Assembly: GCA_032718475.1 (NCBI GenBank)
Contig: JAUCBJ010006844.1
Span: 39,006-103,005, forward strand
Direction: 5' to 3'
From: Nemertoderma westbladi
Lineage: Eukaryota; Animalia; Xenacoelomorpha
Length of the DNA stretch: 64,000 nucleotides
The position numbers were made by a program, and so were the translations under genes. The stretch's first letter is position 1. Each line of letters opens with the position of its first letter. This document shows, piece by piece, positions 1 to 10,100 of the stretch. The notes beneath the pieces are model-generated. The model did not search any database. It had not been told where the DNA came from and saw only the letters and a program-made list of their open reading frames with translations.

Positions 1-774
1 AAAGGTAGAAATCATAGTTCGATTGTAATTTGCAGTAATCGAAGGAATTATTGAGAAACACAAGCAAAGTAATCGCACTAGCAAATCATTCCAAGAAATT
101 AATCAAAATTAGCAAATTGCAGAAAATACGATATCCTAATACAAAATTAGAGACAGCTCAGCAAGTAAATTGTAACAGGGGTGTGTCATGTGATAAGGCA
201 TGAACATATGAACAAATATATGAACAACAATATGAACAACAAAAGGCCCTACCGGCACACCGCCAATTTATAGGTGATCCGGATGGGGTGATGCAATAAG
301 GTGACTCAATCGCTCTCCCATTGGCTCTCCAGTCCATGCTAGCATTAAACCAACCTGGAAGCAGTTAATCCAATAAGGAGACCGGATTGTAGCCCTATGC
401 CCTCAAATTATTACCATATATGGTAATGGATCACGTCTCTGGCTGCTGAATGGCCAGGACAGCGTCCCTATATGCTAGCCCTATCAAACTAATATCAGCA
501 AGCACAAAATCCAGGGTCCGAGTAAACTCGCTACCCTGGAACTATCTACATATATCCTAATACAAAATTACGTAGGTAGGGCTACATACTATACAAAATG
601 AATGGATGCAAAATATATGGGCGTTTTAACTTCCTTACCTAAATGTCACCACACTGCGCCTTATCTAAATAATTATACTGCACAACAGACTAATATTACG
701 TACAGTATAACGGACTAATACTGCATACTGCATAATGGACTAATACTGTGGATACAGCGCCATATACCGTAACA
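1..774 (-). repeat. 3' LTR of element A (partial, continues beyond window start)
   Basis: Matches 16848-17621 with one visible mismatch (247 C vs 17094 T). Homology ends exactly at ...ATACCGTAACA (TGT start on - strand). Confidence 0.95.
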
Positions 775-783
775 CCGCTCCAA
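775..783 (-). promoter_or_regulatory. Putative polypurine tract of element A
   Basis: - strand reads TTGGAGCGG immediately followed by the TGT start of the 3' LTR. Confidence 0.6.
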
Positions 784-1264
784 GGGAAATCATATAATGT
801 TTCCCTCCAATTGTAGAAGAGTATAAGGTGATGTATACAAAACAAAATAATTTTCTTCCAACCAATCTAAATAACATAATAATTCTACTATTTACAAATA
901 TTGCCATAGATATTGCATAATGAATTACATACAAATTAAGTTTACAAAATATTATCTCTCTCACTGTTTAACGATTATTACATACAAATTAAATTTACAA
1001 AATATTGTTTCTCGTTCATTCTTACTACATAATGATTACTACATACAAAATCAAATATAAAATTTTTGCTAGGGCAAGTGAAAGGAGTAAGCCAAACCCG
1101 CAGGTTTGTCTCCCCAATCACTTCCTTCGCCTCTTTCATAATATAAATTCAAAATAACTCAACTAGTGTATACGAGTCTAGTCGAAAATTTTCAAATGCT
1201 ACAATATACATCAGAGCGACGATGATGTATATATCTAGAGTCTGTCGCCCTGTGCTATAATGTA

Positions 1265-3247
1265 TTATCGACCCGCTCCTGGGTTCTTTGGGCTCGCTCC
1301 TCTCTTCCGCCCCCTTCCCAGATACACTAATCGTCCTCTAGTCGACTCCGTTGACGGCGTCCGTGAGGCGTCACTCCCCGGAACCGGCGACGACGTTCCC
1401 TGAGCCCCGACAGATTCTCGGCTCGAACTTCTCCCTCGGCCTCGTCCCAATTGTCGCGCTCCCGTGGTCGCTTCCGCCAACTCTTCCTTCTGCAGTTGCA
1501 CACGCGCTTTCTCAGACGCCCCCTGCGCCTTGCGCTGCAACCGTTGCGCTTCTATAATAGAGTGGTAGTGGTCGTCCTTGACTTGACGCTTGTCTTGGAC
1601 CCCTCCTCCTGGTTCTTTCCGCGAGCCTTGAGCTCCAGCGGTCGTCGCTGTGGTCGCTGCGATCCTTTGTTCCTGTATCCTCTCGGCGGTCAATGAACCC
1701 ACTGGCACATGAGTCAACAAGAATTCGTTGCGGTATTGTATAGCCGCCATCCTCCAATCACCTCGCGCGCGTACCACTTTTCTAGTCTCCGTAAATACAC
1801 CCTTCGTGATGCGATCGCAAATAGCAACGAAGTTCCATGTGTACTTATTGTCCATGTTCAATTGTCTGAAGTATTCTCGGACTACGATAACTCCAGTGTT
1901 CTGTGGAAGGTCTTGAGAAGTTAGGATGAGCTCCTGATATTGTGGTAGCGATTGAAGATATGGCTCGTACGCAACATGCGATGGGTCTACCGCCCAAAAC
2001 CCATATCCCGCTTTAAATGGTAACCAACGCATCTGCGCTTGAATATGGTAATCCGCCACACTCTCCCACTTATCTAACATCTCCCGAAGTAGGTTAGCGC
2101 TATGGTTTTGAAAGGAATCATCTCGCAGCTGACATCTCGCGCTACGGTGTCCTTTTACTCCACAATATCCACATTGAGAAATGAAGACGGTGCACGTGTG
2201 AAACGAATGGTCGGTCTCATTGCACCAACGACAGACCTTATGCGCCGCCTCTATTACCGCGTCGCACGACTTTAGATTGTGCCTTGTGCTGCCGCACAAT
2301 TTGCACCTACGCGCTTGTGGAAACCAGGCCCTCTCGTATATGAGGTCTCCAATCGGTTTCGCACTTCCTTCCTTCCCAATGTCTAATACGATGTCGTCCT
2401 CTCCGGTCAACGGTTGTCGATCCGGAACAAAGTAAACATCCTCGCCCTTGTCCTCTATCTCCAATATTTCCTCCCGCGTTCGTTTCGGATATGTCTTCTC
2501 CACCGGAAGATCTACTCCGAACACCTCTACTAAAGTCTCCGGCCAGCCCTCCTTAACAGGTCTATCAGCCTCCGAGTGGAAGGGAGTACCAAACCCGCGG
2601 GTTTGATTCCCGAACCACTTCTCCAAAGCTTCTGGCGTCGGATATTCCATCGACGGTCGGTCTCCCAAATCTCCGATGTTCTGTCGATATACTCCTTCGA
2701 ATATCGCTAATCCTCTCCTCACCATCGACGTATTCTCTAACGACTGGTTGAAGAACGGGGTTAAGAAACGCTTCATCACGTCGGATTGGATTCCCCCTTT
2801 CGAGCGAACGTATTGATCTCCTCCGAATACCAATGGATGACGCTTCAAAACTCGCGCAACGATATCCGCTAATAAACAAGTCACCGTGTTCGACTCAAGC
2901 ACCAAATAATATTGTAGCGACGCACGGGGTGGCGCGCAAATGTTCCAATACACTAACGCTTGCCGCTTGAAGTGGGATTTGAACTCCGCTCCCGGTGGCG
3001 TGTTGTATTCGCCATACGCCTCCTCGTACTTCTTTTGCGTCTTCAACTTAAAGTCCCAATTATACAACAAGTGTGCTATAAAGCCCATACCAGTCTTGGC
3101 AGAGTTGGGATACTCCCTATAAATTCCAATATCCTGTGCCCATAGCAACAATAGCTTGGTGTCGACAAACGGTCTCGGCAATCTATCTTCCAGATCAGTC
3201 ATGGCGTTGAAGTCGCTCTCCAAATCGCTCTGGACTCCCGATCCCAC
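1265..3247 (-). CDS. ORF3 of element A, C-terminal part: second half of DEDDy (WRN/EXD-like) exonuclease domain, three CCHC zinc knuckles, RG-rich tail
   Basis: Frame is open upstream of the annotated start (VREAILNQDYVKVGSGVQSD, ExoII-like). PFVDT, GMGFIAHLL and W...LQYYLVLE (ExoIII-like) follow. Knuckles: CKLCGSTRHNLKSC, CRWCNETDHSFHTC, CGYCGVKGHRSARC. Confidence 0.85.
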   Translation of the reverse strand: MGSGVQSDLESDFNAMTDLEDRLPRPFVDTKLLLLWAQDIGIYREYPNSAKTGMGFIAHLLYNWDFKLKTQKKYEEAYGEYNTPPGAEFKSHFKRQALVYWNICAPPRASLQYYLVLESNTVTCLLADIVARVLKRHPLVFGGDQYVRSKGGIQSDVMKRFLTPFFNQSLENTSMVRRGLAIFEGVYRQNIGDLGDRPSMEYPTPEALEKWFGNQTRGFGTPFHSEADRPVKEGWPETLVEVFGVDLPVEKTYPKRTREEILEIEDKGEDVYFVPDRQPLTGEDDIVLDIGKEGSAKPIGDLIYERAWFPQARRCKLCGSTRHNLKSCDAVIEAAHKVCRWCNETDHSFHTCTVFISQCGYCGVKGHRSARCQLRDDSFQNHSANLLREMLDKWESVADYHIQAQMRWLPFKAGYGFWAVDPSHVAYEPYLQSLPQYQELILTSQDLPQNTGVIVVREYFRQLNMDNKYTWNFVAICDRITKGVFTETRKVVRARGDWRMAAIQYRNEFLLTHVPVGSLTAERIQEQRIAATTATTAGAQGSRKEPGGGVQDKRQVKDDHYHSIIEAQRLQRKAQGASEKARVQLQKEELAEATTGARQLGRGRGRSSSRESVGAQGTSSPVPGSDASRTPSTESTRGRLVYLGRGRKRGASPKNPGAGR

Positions 3248-3278
3248 CTTGACGTAATCTTGGTTGAGAATAGCCTCT

Positions 3279-4973
3279 CTAACCTTCTTTGGGTAACATC
3301 CTGGCGTCGATACGCTCCGCTCCGTGCATACCTCCTCGCCTGCATACCTCCAAAATCTGTTCCCTAGGATCCTTCCCCTTCCGATATTGTGTCGTTATGA
3401 TGGGCTCCGGTCTCTCTCTATCCGCCCTCACAAGCATAAACACATGAGTCACACCATCGGCCGCACGAATTTGAATACACTTGCTGGTCAAACATTCTTG
3501 ATGGGACCCTCCTTCATTGTCGTAGAACATCACCCTCCAATCCTGCAGTGATTCCTCCGTTTTCCTCCACTGACGCTGAATCTCATCTGATGGGGTCCAC
3601 ATGCGCTCGATCGCCTTGTGGTCATCATATCGGGTATAAGAACCCTTCCTCCTCAGCCACGTCTGGTCTACCTCCTCGTCGTCTGGGAATGTAGCCACCG
3701 CGACCCATACCTTGATGTACTTATCCAACCATCCGAATAACTTACTCTCCTTCCCCGGAGCTCCAATCTTGTCCAAAGTGTCGTAATCTGTGATCTGCAT
3801 TGGGACATCATGCAAGAACTTCGCGCATAAAACTTCCCGTAGACAGTCAACGTTCCAATGGTCCGCCATTCTTACCATCGGCAAGAATCGTATCGCTTCT
3901 CGCGACTCCGGATGATCTACTAATATCGCAGGTTCGGTACCGTCGGAATAATACACCGGTCCGGGTTGAGATACGACCTGTGGAACAAATCCGGTCACTC
4001 TCCTCGTCTCCTCTTGATGTCTATCCGCGGTCTTATTATACTCCGCTATCCTGTTCTCAAATAACTCCTTCGCCTTCGCCGCTCGCTCCTCCTGCCGCAA
4101 CGCGTCTATGTCGTCCTGATGCTCAGGCGTGAGGCTTCTCACTCGGTGAGGTGAAGTAAACGCAGTCCAGGGACTCGAGAGCTCCAAACCCGCGGGTTTG
4201 GTACCCGAGTCCCGCGCCGCTTCGCGCCGCGCCTCTAGATCCTTGTAGGCTCGGTACAGCGAAATGGCCGCTGCCGTCTCTATCAAACTGGGTGTCGAAC
4301 AGGGTTTAATCTCCGTATACGGATCTAATGTCGTAACGGTCGGCGTAATGGGTCTCGGAGGTCGCTTTCCGCTGAAGTCGATACTGATCATCGGGTTGCT
4401 CATCGGGTAACCTCCCTCGTTGTATCTAAGGAATTGGTGAGCTGGACATCGCGTTAATATCGGTTCCGGATGTTGCTCGTCTAGTCGGTCGGGAATCGCC
4501 ACGTCCTGTTTATTCATGCATTCACCACACTTGTAGAAGAGCTTGTATACGCTGAAGACTTTCGGCGTCTCCTGATCCTCGCCTCGAGTCCTCCGATACA
4601 GGTGCATTCCGTCGAACTGGTCTCGGACTGCAGGTAGAGGCTCCTCGTGTCGTAAATACATATTCATATGGTATAGTCGTGCGATTTCCTCGTCCGGATC
4701 TGCGCTAATGTCGCACACGTCCAAAGCAAAGTCGTAGGGATACCGCGTGCGATACTCTCTCCGCAAGACTTCCATCCGGTCCCCCAACGCTCTCATTCTT
4801 TCTCTCCGTAATTCTTTATCATAACTTGGTTTATACTTCCCGTTCGGCTCCATCACGGACCGCCCATGGTAGTAAACGTTAGAGTCTTTACATCCTGGTC
4901 GCGCGAATGGTAGCTCCGCCTCCTCTCTGGCAGTAAATCCTCTGCGCGGTTGCGCTCTAATATCCCTCTCCAT
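3279..4973 (-). CDS. ORF3 of element A, N-terminal part: CxxC...CxxH module and start of DEDDy exonuclease (YDNEG)
   Basis: 564-aa ORF with clear blockwise homology to 61495-63705. ExoI-like FYDNEG...CIQIR...THVF. Joined to 1265-3247 by removing 1 nt near 3282-3285. Confidence 0.85.
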   Translation of the reverse strand: MERDIRAQPRRGFTAREEAELPFARPGCKDSNVYYHGRSVMEPNGKYKPSYDKELRRERMRALGDRMEVLRREYRTRYPYDFALDVCDISADPDEEIARLYHMNMYLRHEEPLPAVRDQFDGMHLYRRTRGEDQETPKVFSVYKLFYKCGECMNKQDVAIPDRLDEQHPEPILTRCPAHQFLRYNEGGYPMSNPMISIDFSGKRPPRPITPTVTTLDPYTEIKPCSTPSLIETAAAISLYRAYKDLEARREAARDSGTKPAGLELSSPWTAFTSPHRVRSLTPEHQDDIDALRQEERAAKAKELFENRIAEYNKTADRHQEETRRVTGFVPQVVSQPGPVYYSDGTEPAILVDHPESREAIRFLPMVRMADHWNVDCLREVLCAKFLHDVPMQITDYDTLDKIGAPGKESKLFGWLDKYIKVWVAVATFPDDEEVDQTWLRRKGSYTRYDDHKAIERMWTPSDEIQRQWRKTEESLQDWRVMFYDNEGGSHQECLTSKCIQIRAADGVTHVFMLVRADRERPEPIITTQYRKGKDPREQILEVCRRGGMHGAERIDARMLPKEG

Positions 4974-5728
4974 TATGTTACGCGTATATACATATATATA
5001 TATCCCAATAAGTGCCGTTACGTAACCAACTACACTGTGGGTAAATCAGTTAGATGCCGCCGAAGGACAGACCTCCCGAACCCCCCCGCCTTCCAGCAGT
5101 TCAGGTTCGACTCTCTAGATCCCGTCTCTTCCTAACTAACTATCCTCTAACCTATTCCCATGCATAGCGCAAAACTTTGGAGATAAACTGGCCGTGACCA
5201 ACTCACTTTTTGATGCCCAAACTACTCCCATTACTCCTACTAAACTACAGTAGTTAGAAAGGACCATAGCCACAATACTCGACTATACCAAACCCACAGG
5301 TTTGATAATCGAACATCACACATCCTGCAAACTACTGAGTGGGGTCCATGTACGCCTCTGGTGCTACTAACCTTTAGCACCCTAGTTGCACTGTTGGCAC
5401 CAATCTGTGGAAGTTGCTAAACTCAATTTACACTCCTACGTAATATAGCCGTCACCATGGTTTCTAAATGCTATTTTCCAGGCTTCACGACTTTTCAAAT
5501 TACTGTTATCTATAGACGAATTCTAAAACGCGTCTATACCCAGCGTCTGGAATTGTCTTGGGTTCACTTCTAATTTTTAAAATTTTCTAATTTTCCAAAA
5601 TTTTGAAAATAAAATTTTGTTTTGATACCCACCAGACAAAACTCAACGCAAATCACCACAACCCCGCTCCTATGCATTTCCTTGTATTTGCATACGAGGA
5701 ATGCATACGAAGTGAGTTGCGTCCAACA

Positions 5729-7168
5729 CTAATTCTGTTTTGAGGCAGGAGACAAATTATAATCTCCCGTCTCGATACGTGTCTCCTCTAATAACACAAT
5801 ATCTTGGACCGGTCGGTCCAAGGTGTGTAAACCATTAGTTTTACACTTTTTTGGGTGCGGACACTTGCACCTAATTTTCACAGTGACTGTGCGCACTATG
5901 TTTTGCACGTCTGGGTGTGTGTGCAAGATCACTCCCGTCTCCCAATACTTTCTCTTGACAATGGGTTCGGTTATCAACACGTAATCTCCCCTTTGGAGAC
6001 TCCGAACCGTTTTGTACCACTTTGTTCTGGTGGATATGGTGGGAAGATAGTATTCCCGCCAATATTCCCAGAATGTGTACGCCACTAACTGTGTTACTTT
6101 CCAGCTCTTACGACTATATAGGTCGGCACTAATGGGTTCTGATGCCGGCACAAGAAATGCTGGACTCTGCATTAGCAAATGATTCGGCGTTAATGCAACA
6201 CCGTCTGGCAACATAGCTATCGGCCTCGAGTTTAGGGTATGCTCGATTTCAATGAAAGCTCTGACCAGTTCGTCGTCGGTAAGTTGTTTGTTCACAGGCA
6301 ATGTTTTGGCAATGGCCTGTTTTACAGAGCGAACTAAACGCTCCCAACTTCCTCCTCTCCAAGGACTTTCTGGAGTATTAAATCTCCACTCTACTCGTTG
6401 CGGCAAAAGTGCTGCAGAAATTTCCTTATTCTGTGCTGCTTTATGAGCCGCGTTCAACTCGCTATTCCCTCCGACAAAGTTTGTACCCTTGTCAGAGTAG
6501 AACGCCTTTACTAGTCCTCTCCTGGCCATAAATCTCTTTAAGGCCAGGAGCAGAGATTTAGTCGACATGTCTGCCACACGCTCGATGTGTATGGCTCTAC
6601 TCGCCATACATGTCAGTAGCAGACCCCATCGTTTGTGGGTCAGCCGTCCACTCTTTGCTTCAATCGGACCAAAACAGTCCACCCCTGTGTTCGTAAAGGG
6701 TGGGTCATATGCCTGCACTCTCGCTTCCGGGAGTTCAGCCATCTCCTGTTCCAATACTCTGGCGTTCACCCTCTTGCAAACCAGACAGGCGTCGTACATA
6801 GTGCCGACTGCCCTGCTTGGCTGCAATAGAATGAATCGCTGTCTCGCTGCCGACAGACAGTGTAACTTTCCCGCGTGATGCAACCTCTTGTGTATATCCC
6901 ATAGAATCGCTCTTTGCAATTCTATTGGGTGACTAGGGATTATCACTGGGAACCGAAACTGTGAGTTTATGTCGACAGTCTGGATTCTCGATCTATGACA
7001 AATCAAACCCTTATGGATTAACGGACTCCATTTTCTAAGGGGTTTATAGAGAACTGGTCGTTGAGCCGATAATAGATGGAATTCTTTCGGGAAGGCACAC
7101 ATTTGATAATGCTTCAAATGCTTTAATTCCGCTTGATCAATCTCATCCTCTGTCAGAGGTTGTTTCAA
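5729..7168 (-). CDS. Integrase of element A (in frame with gag-pol behind a single TGA)
   Basis: H..LHH...CLVC zinc motif, VDCFGP, SDKGTNF, WERLVRSVK (DDE core), BEL-type C-terminus (YLPTISTRTKW). Same frame as 7178-14167. Confidence 0.95.
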   Translation of the reverse strand: MKQPLTEDEIDQAELKHLKHYQMCAFPKEFHLLSAQRPVLYKPLRKWSPLIHKGLICHRSRIQTVDINSQFRFPVIIPSHPIELQRAILWDIHKRLHHAGKLHCLSAARQRFILLQPSRAVGTMYDACLVCKRVNARVLEQEMAELPEARVQAYDPPFTNTGVDCFGPIEAKSGRLTHKRWGLLLTCMASRAIHIERVADMSTKSLLLALKRFMARRGLVKAFYSDKGTNFVGGNSELNAAHKAAQNKEISAALLPQRVEWRFNTPESPWRGGSWERLVRSVKQAIAKTLPVNKQLTDDELVRAFIEIEHTLNSRPIAMLPDGVALTPNHLLMQSPAFLVPASEPISADLYSRKSWKVTQLVAYTFWEYWREYYLPTISTRTKWYKTVRSLQRGDYVLITEPIVKRKYWETGVILHTHPDVQNIVRTVTVKIRCKCPHPKKCKTNGLHTLDRPVQDIVLLEETRIETGDYNLSPASKQN

Positions 7169-7177
7169 TTTCCGAAT

Positions 7178-10100
7178 TCACTCACTATTGGCGCTCGATG
7201 GTTCTCTCAAATGTTTCGAATGTTTTAAACAAAGGTACGAAACGTATCGGCTCAACCACGCAGTTCTTTTACAAATTGTCAGCCAAGAGGCAGACGAATT
7301 TAGTAATTTGTCATAAACACTGCATGACTCTAATGCCAGCGACGGTTGTCCGCTAACCAATGGAAGTTTCGAATCCAAACCCGCAGGTTTGGAAACCAAA
7401 GGCTCCATTGTGTCGGTCATTTTCTGTCCGTCACTTACCAATTGTGACTGTCGTCCAGTCTGTAAGGGTGGTTTTATGTCATAACTTACCCTTCCTGACC
7501 TAGTAGTCACGTAAGTCTGTTGGTCTGACAGGTCTCCGGGCCGCTCCAATAACTCTTCAGGCCGCTCCAATGACTCTTCAGGCCGCTCCAATGACTTAAG
7601 TTTGGCTTTAGACTTTGACTTAGAGACTTTCTCCACTTTGACTTCTGCATCTTCAGGCATCGGATTGGTCACTATCTTTAGTCGCTCTGGCCAATGTTCC
7701 TGTGTCCTCGTTAGAAAATTAGGTCCATGTAACCAAAACTCCTGCGACTCTTCCTGACAGAATTCCGCTGGCATTGCAACTCTCGAAGTTATGTCGGCCG
7801 GGTTCAACACTCCCGGACAATGTCTCCATTGTTCCTTCGTCGAAAAATCAACGATCTGAGCGCGTCTATTGGCCACAAATGTCTTTAGTGCAATATTGTC
7901 GGCCGCAATGTATACTAACACCAAGGATGCGTCCGTCCAATAGAATAAGGTCAATGTCGTATCTAATTCCTCAGTTATCTGCTTACTTACCTCGACTGAA
8001 ACTACAGCCGCCTGTAACTCTGCACGAGGGACAGTCATGTATTTGACCGGCATTGTCTTTGATCTAGAAGTCACAAAGGCCGTCTCAAATTTGTCCTGAC
8101 TTACCTCTCGGCGAAGGTAGGCTACCATACCAAAGCCGGTGTCACTTGCGTCACTGAACAGATGCAGCTCTAAATCAGTTGGAAATACCAGCTGATTCGG
8201 AAAGTAGGAACGGGGTACATCTATATTTTTCAACAGATGCAACTCGGCTTCCCACTCCCTCCACTGCTTTGCATGTATAGGAGATATTGGTTCGTCCCAC
8301 TCTAAGTCGGACAACCAAATTTTCCTCATGCACGCTCGTGCCTGTAATATAACCGGACTGATAAAGTTCATCGGGTCAAATAGTCTACTTAAAGTCGATA
8401 AGCAAATTCTCTTTGTCAAAACTTTGTCTGGGCTACTGGGCTCAAATCTAACTCTTACCTGGAACTTATCCGAATTCGGATTCCAAGCGAGTCCCAGTAC
8501 TCGCGCCATGGGGATTGGTTCTACCCCCAATTCTATGTCTCCGCTCCCGCGATCTTTTACCGGGAACGATTCTAATAGGGCCTCCGAATTAGTAGTGAAC
8601 TTGGTCAGAGGAAATCCCCCTGTAGCCAAGCACTCTTGCAGGCCGTGAGCCACTTCTATGGCTTGTTCCGCCGTGTCCTTGGACACCAATCCGTCGTCCA
8701 TATAGAAGTTTCTCAAGATAGACTCGATTACTTCTACTGGATACTTACCAATCTGGGCTGTTGCCGTTTTCTTTAGAACGAACAGCGTGCCATTCGGACT
8801 ATCGCGGGCGCCAAATATCCTAACGTACATTTGGTATATAACCACTGGGCCGGATAAGTCTTCATTCTCAAACCAGAGAAAGCGAAGGCTATCCTGGTCT
8901 GCCTTACAGGCTCTTACCTGGTGGAACATCGCCTCGATGTCACAAGTAAATGCGAATCGCCGCTGTCTAAAACGCAACAGTATTCCTATCAAATAGTTAT
9001 TCAGGTTGGGACCATCCATCAACTCTGAATTCAGGGACATACCTCTATAGACTGCTGCGCAGTCGTTGACTACTCGGACTTTGTCAGGTTTGTCAGGGTG
9101 AGTCACATAGTGGTGTGGAAGGTAATAAGTCTGGTCTGTCACTAAGTCAGGGTCCTCTACCTTCCCAGCAAATCCCTTGGCGAAATAGTTGTTGATCTGG
9201 GCGCAATACTTCTCCCTAATGTCTGGATTCTTCAACAACCGAGCCCTTACTCCGTTTAATCTTTTCAAGGCTAAGTTGTAGTTGTTCTCCAACTTAGGTG
9301 GTTGTCGACGCCACAACATTCCAACTTCAAAATGTCCAGTCGGTAGCAGACGTATGGTGTCTTCCATCATCTCCAACGACCGTTTTTCATCAGTAGACAT
9401 GGCTAGGTCATATCCACCGGGTTCCATTGCGTCCCTATCCAGCCATTCGACGGTTCTGGCTCCTGTCTCGAGGTCCTGGCGTATCAATTCCTTCTGTAAT
9501 TCCTCCTCACTGTATTGGAAAATGTCTAGGTCTCGATATTTAGCCACTTGACCCTCCACTATGTCTGTATAAGTCAAAACGTTAGTCAAATAAGTAGCGT
9601 GGGCCGCTGAACCAGACCCACGGGTCTGATAACAGTAGTCCTCGGGTTCACTATCTGTCCGGTCGTTATGAAGTGGTTCCGACAACCTAACATTATCGGG
9701 AATCAACTCCTCGTCCGACTCGCTAAAGTCACTATAGTGGTCAATACAGGTTCTCCTAAACTCGTCTATGTCTGGTGGTTCTACTAACGGTGGTTGAGTT
9801 ATAGGCTGTAATTCGTCGTATCTGTTCATTGGCTTGTCGCCACCTGTAAACTCATAAGACATAGGTACTCTTGTATACCAACCTAGTATGGTCCTATGGG
9901 CATGTGGTCCATTGACATGCGGCTCAGCTGGTCTCGTTTCCCATATTTGGTGTGCGATCAGCTGTTCTGCACCAATCAACATAGAAACATTCCTATAACC
10001 TACCTGGTGTCTTGGTACTCTGAGCTTGTCAAAATACTCCTGTGCTATGGGACTCATCGGCGGCACCTTACCTAACTGCCTGCCGAATCCCTTCATAGCT

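Noticed and set aside
3275-3290. Programmed frameshift in ORF3 of element A
   Set aside because: No canonical slippery heptamer, and element B is continuous in frame at the aligned position.
1265-4973. ORF3 as an env/fusion glycoprotein
   Set aside because: No signal peptide or hydrophobic transmembrane segment visible. Nuclease and zinc-knuckle motifs instead.
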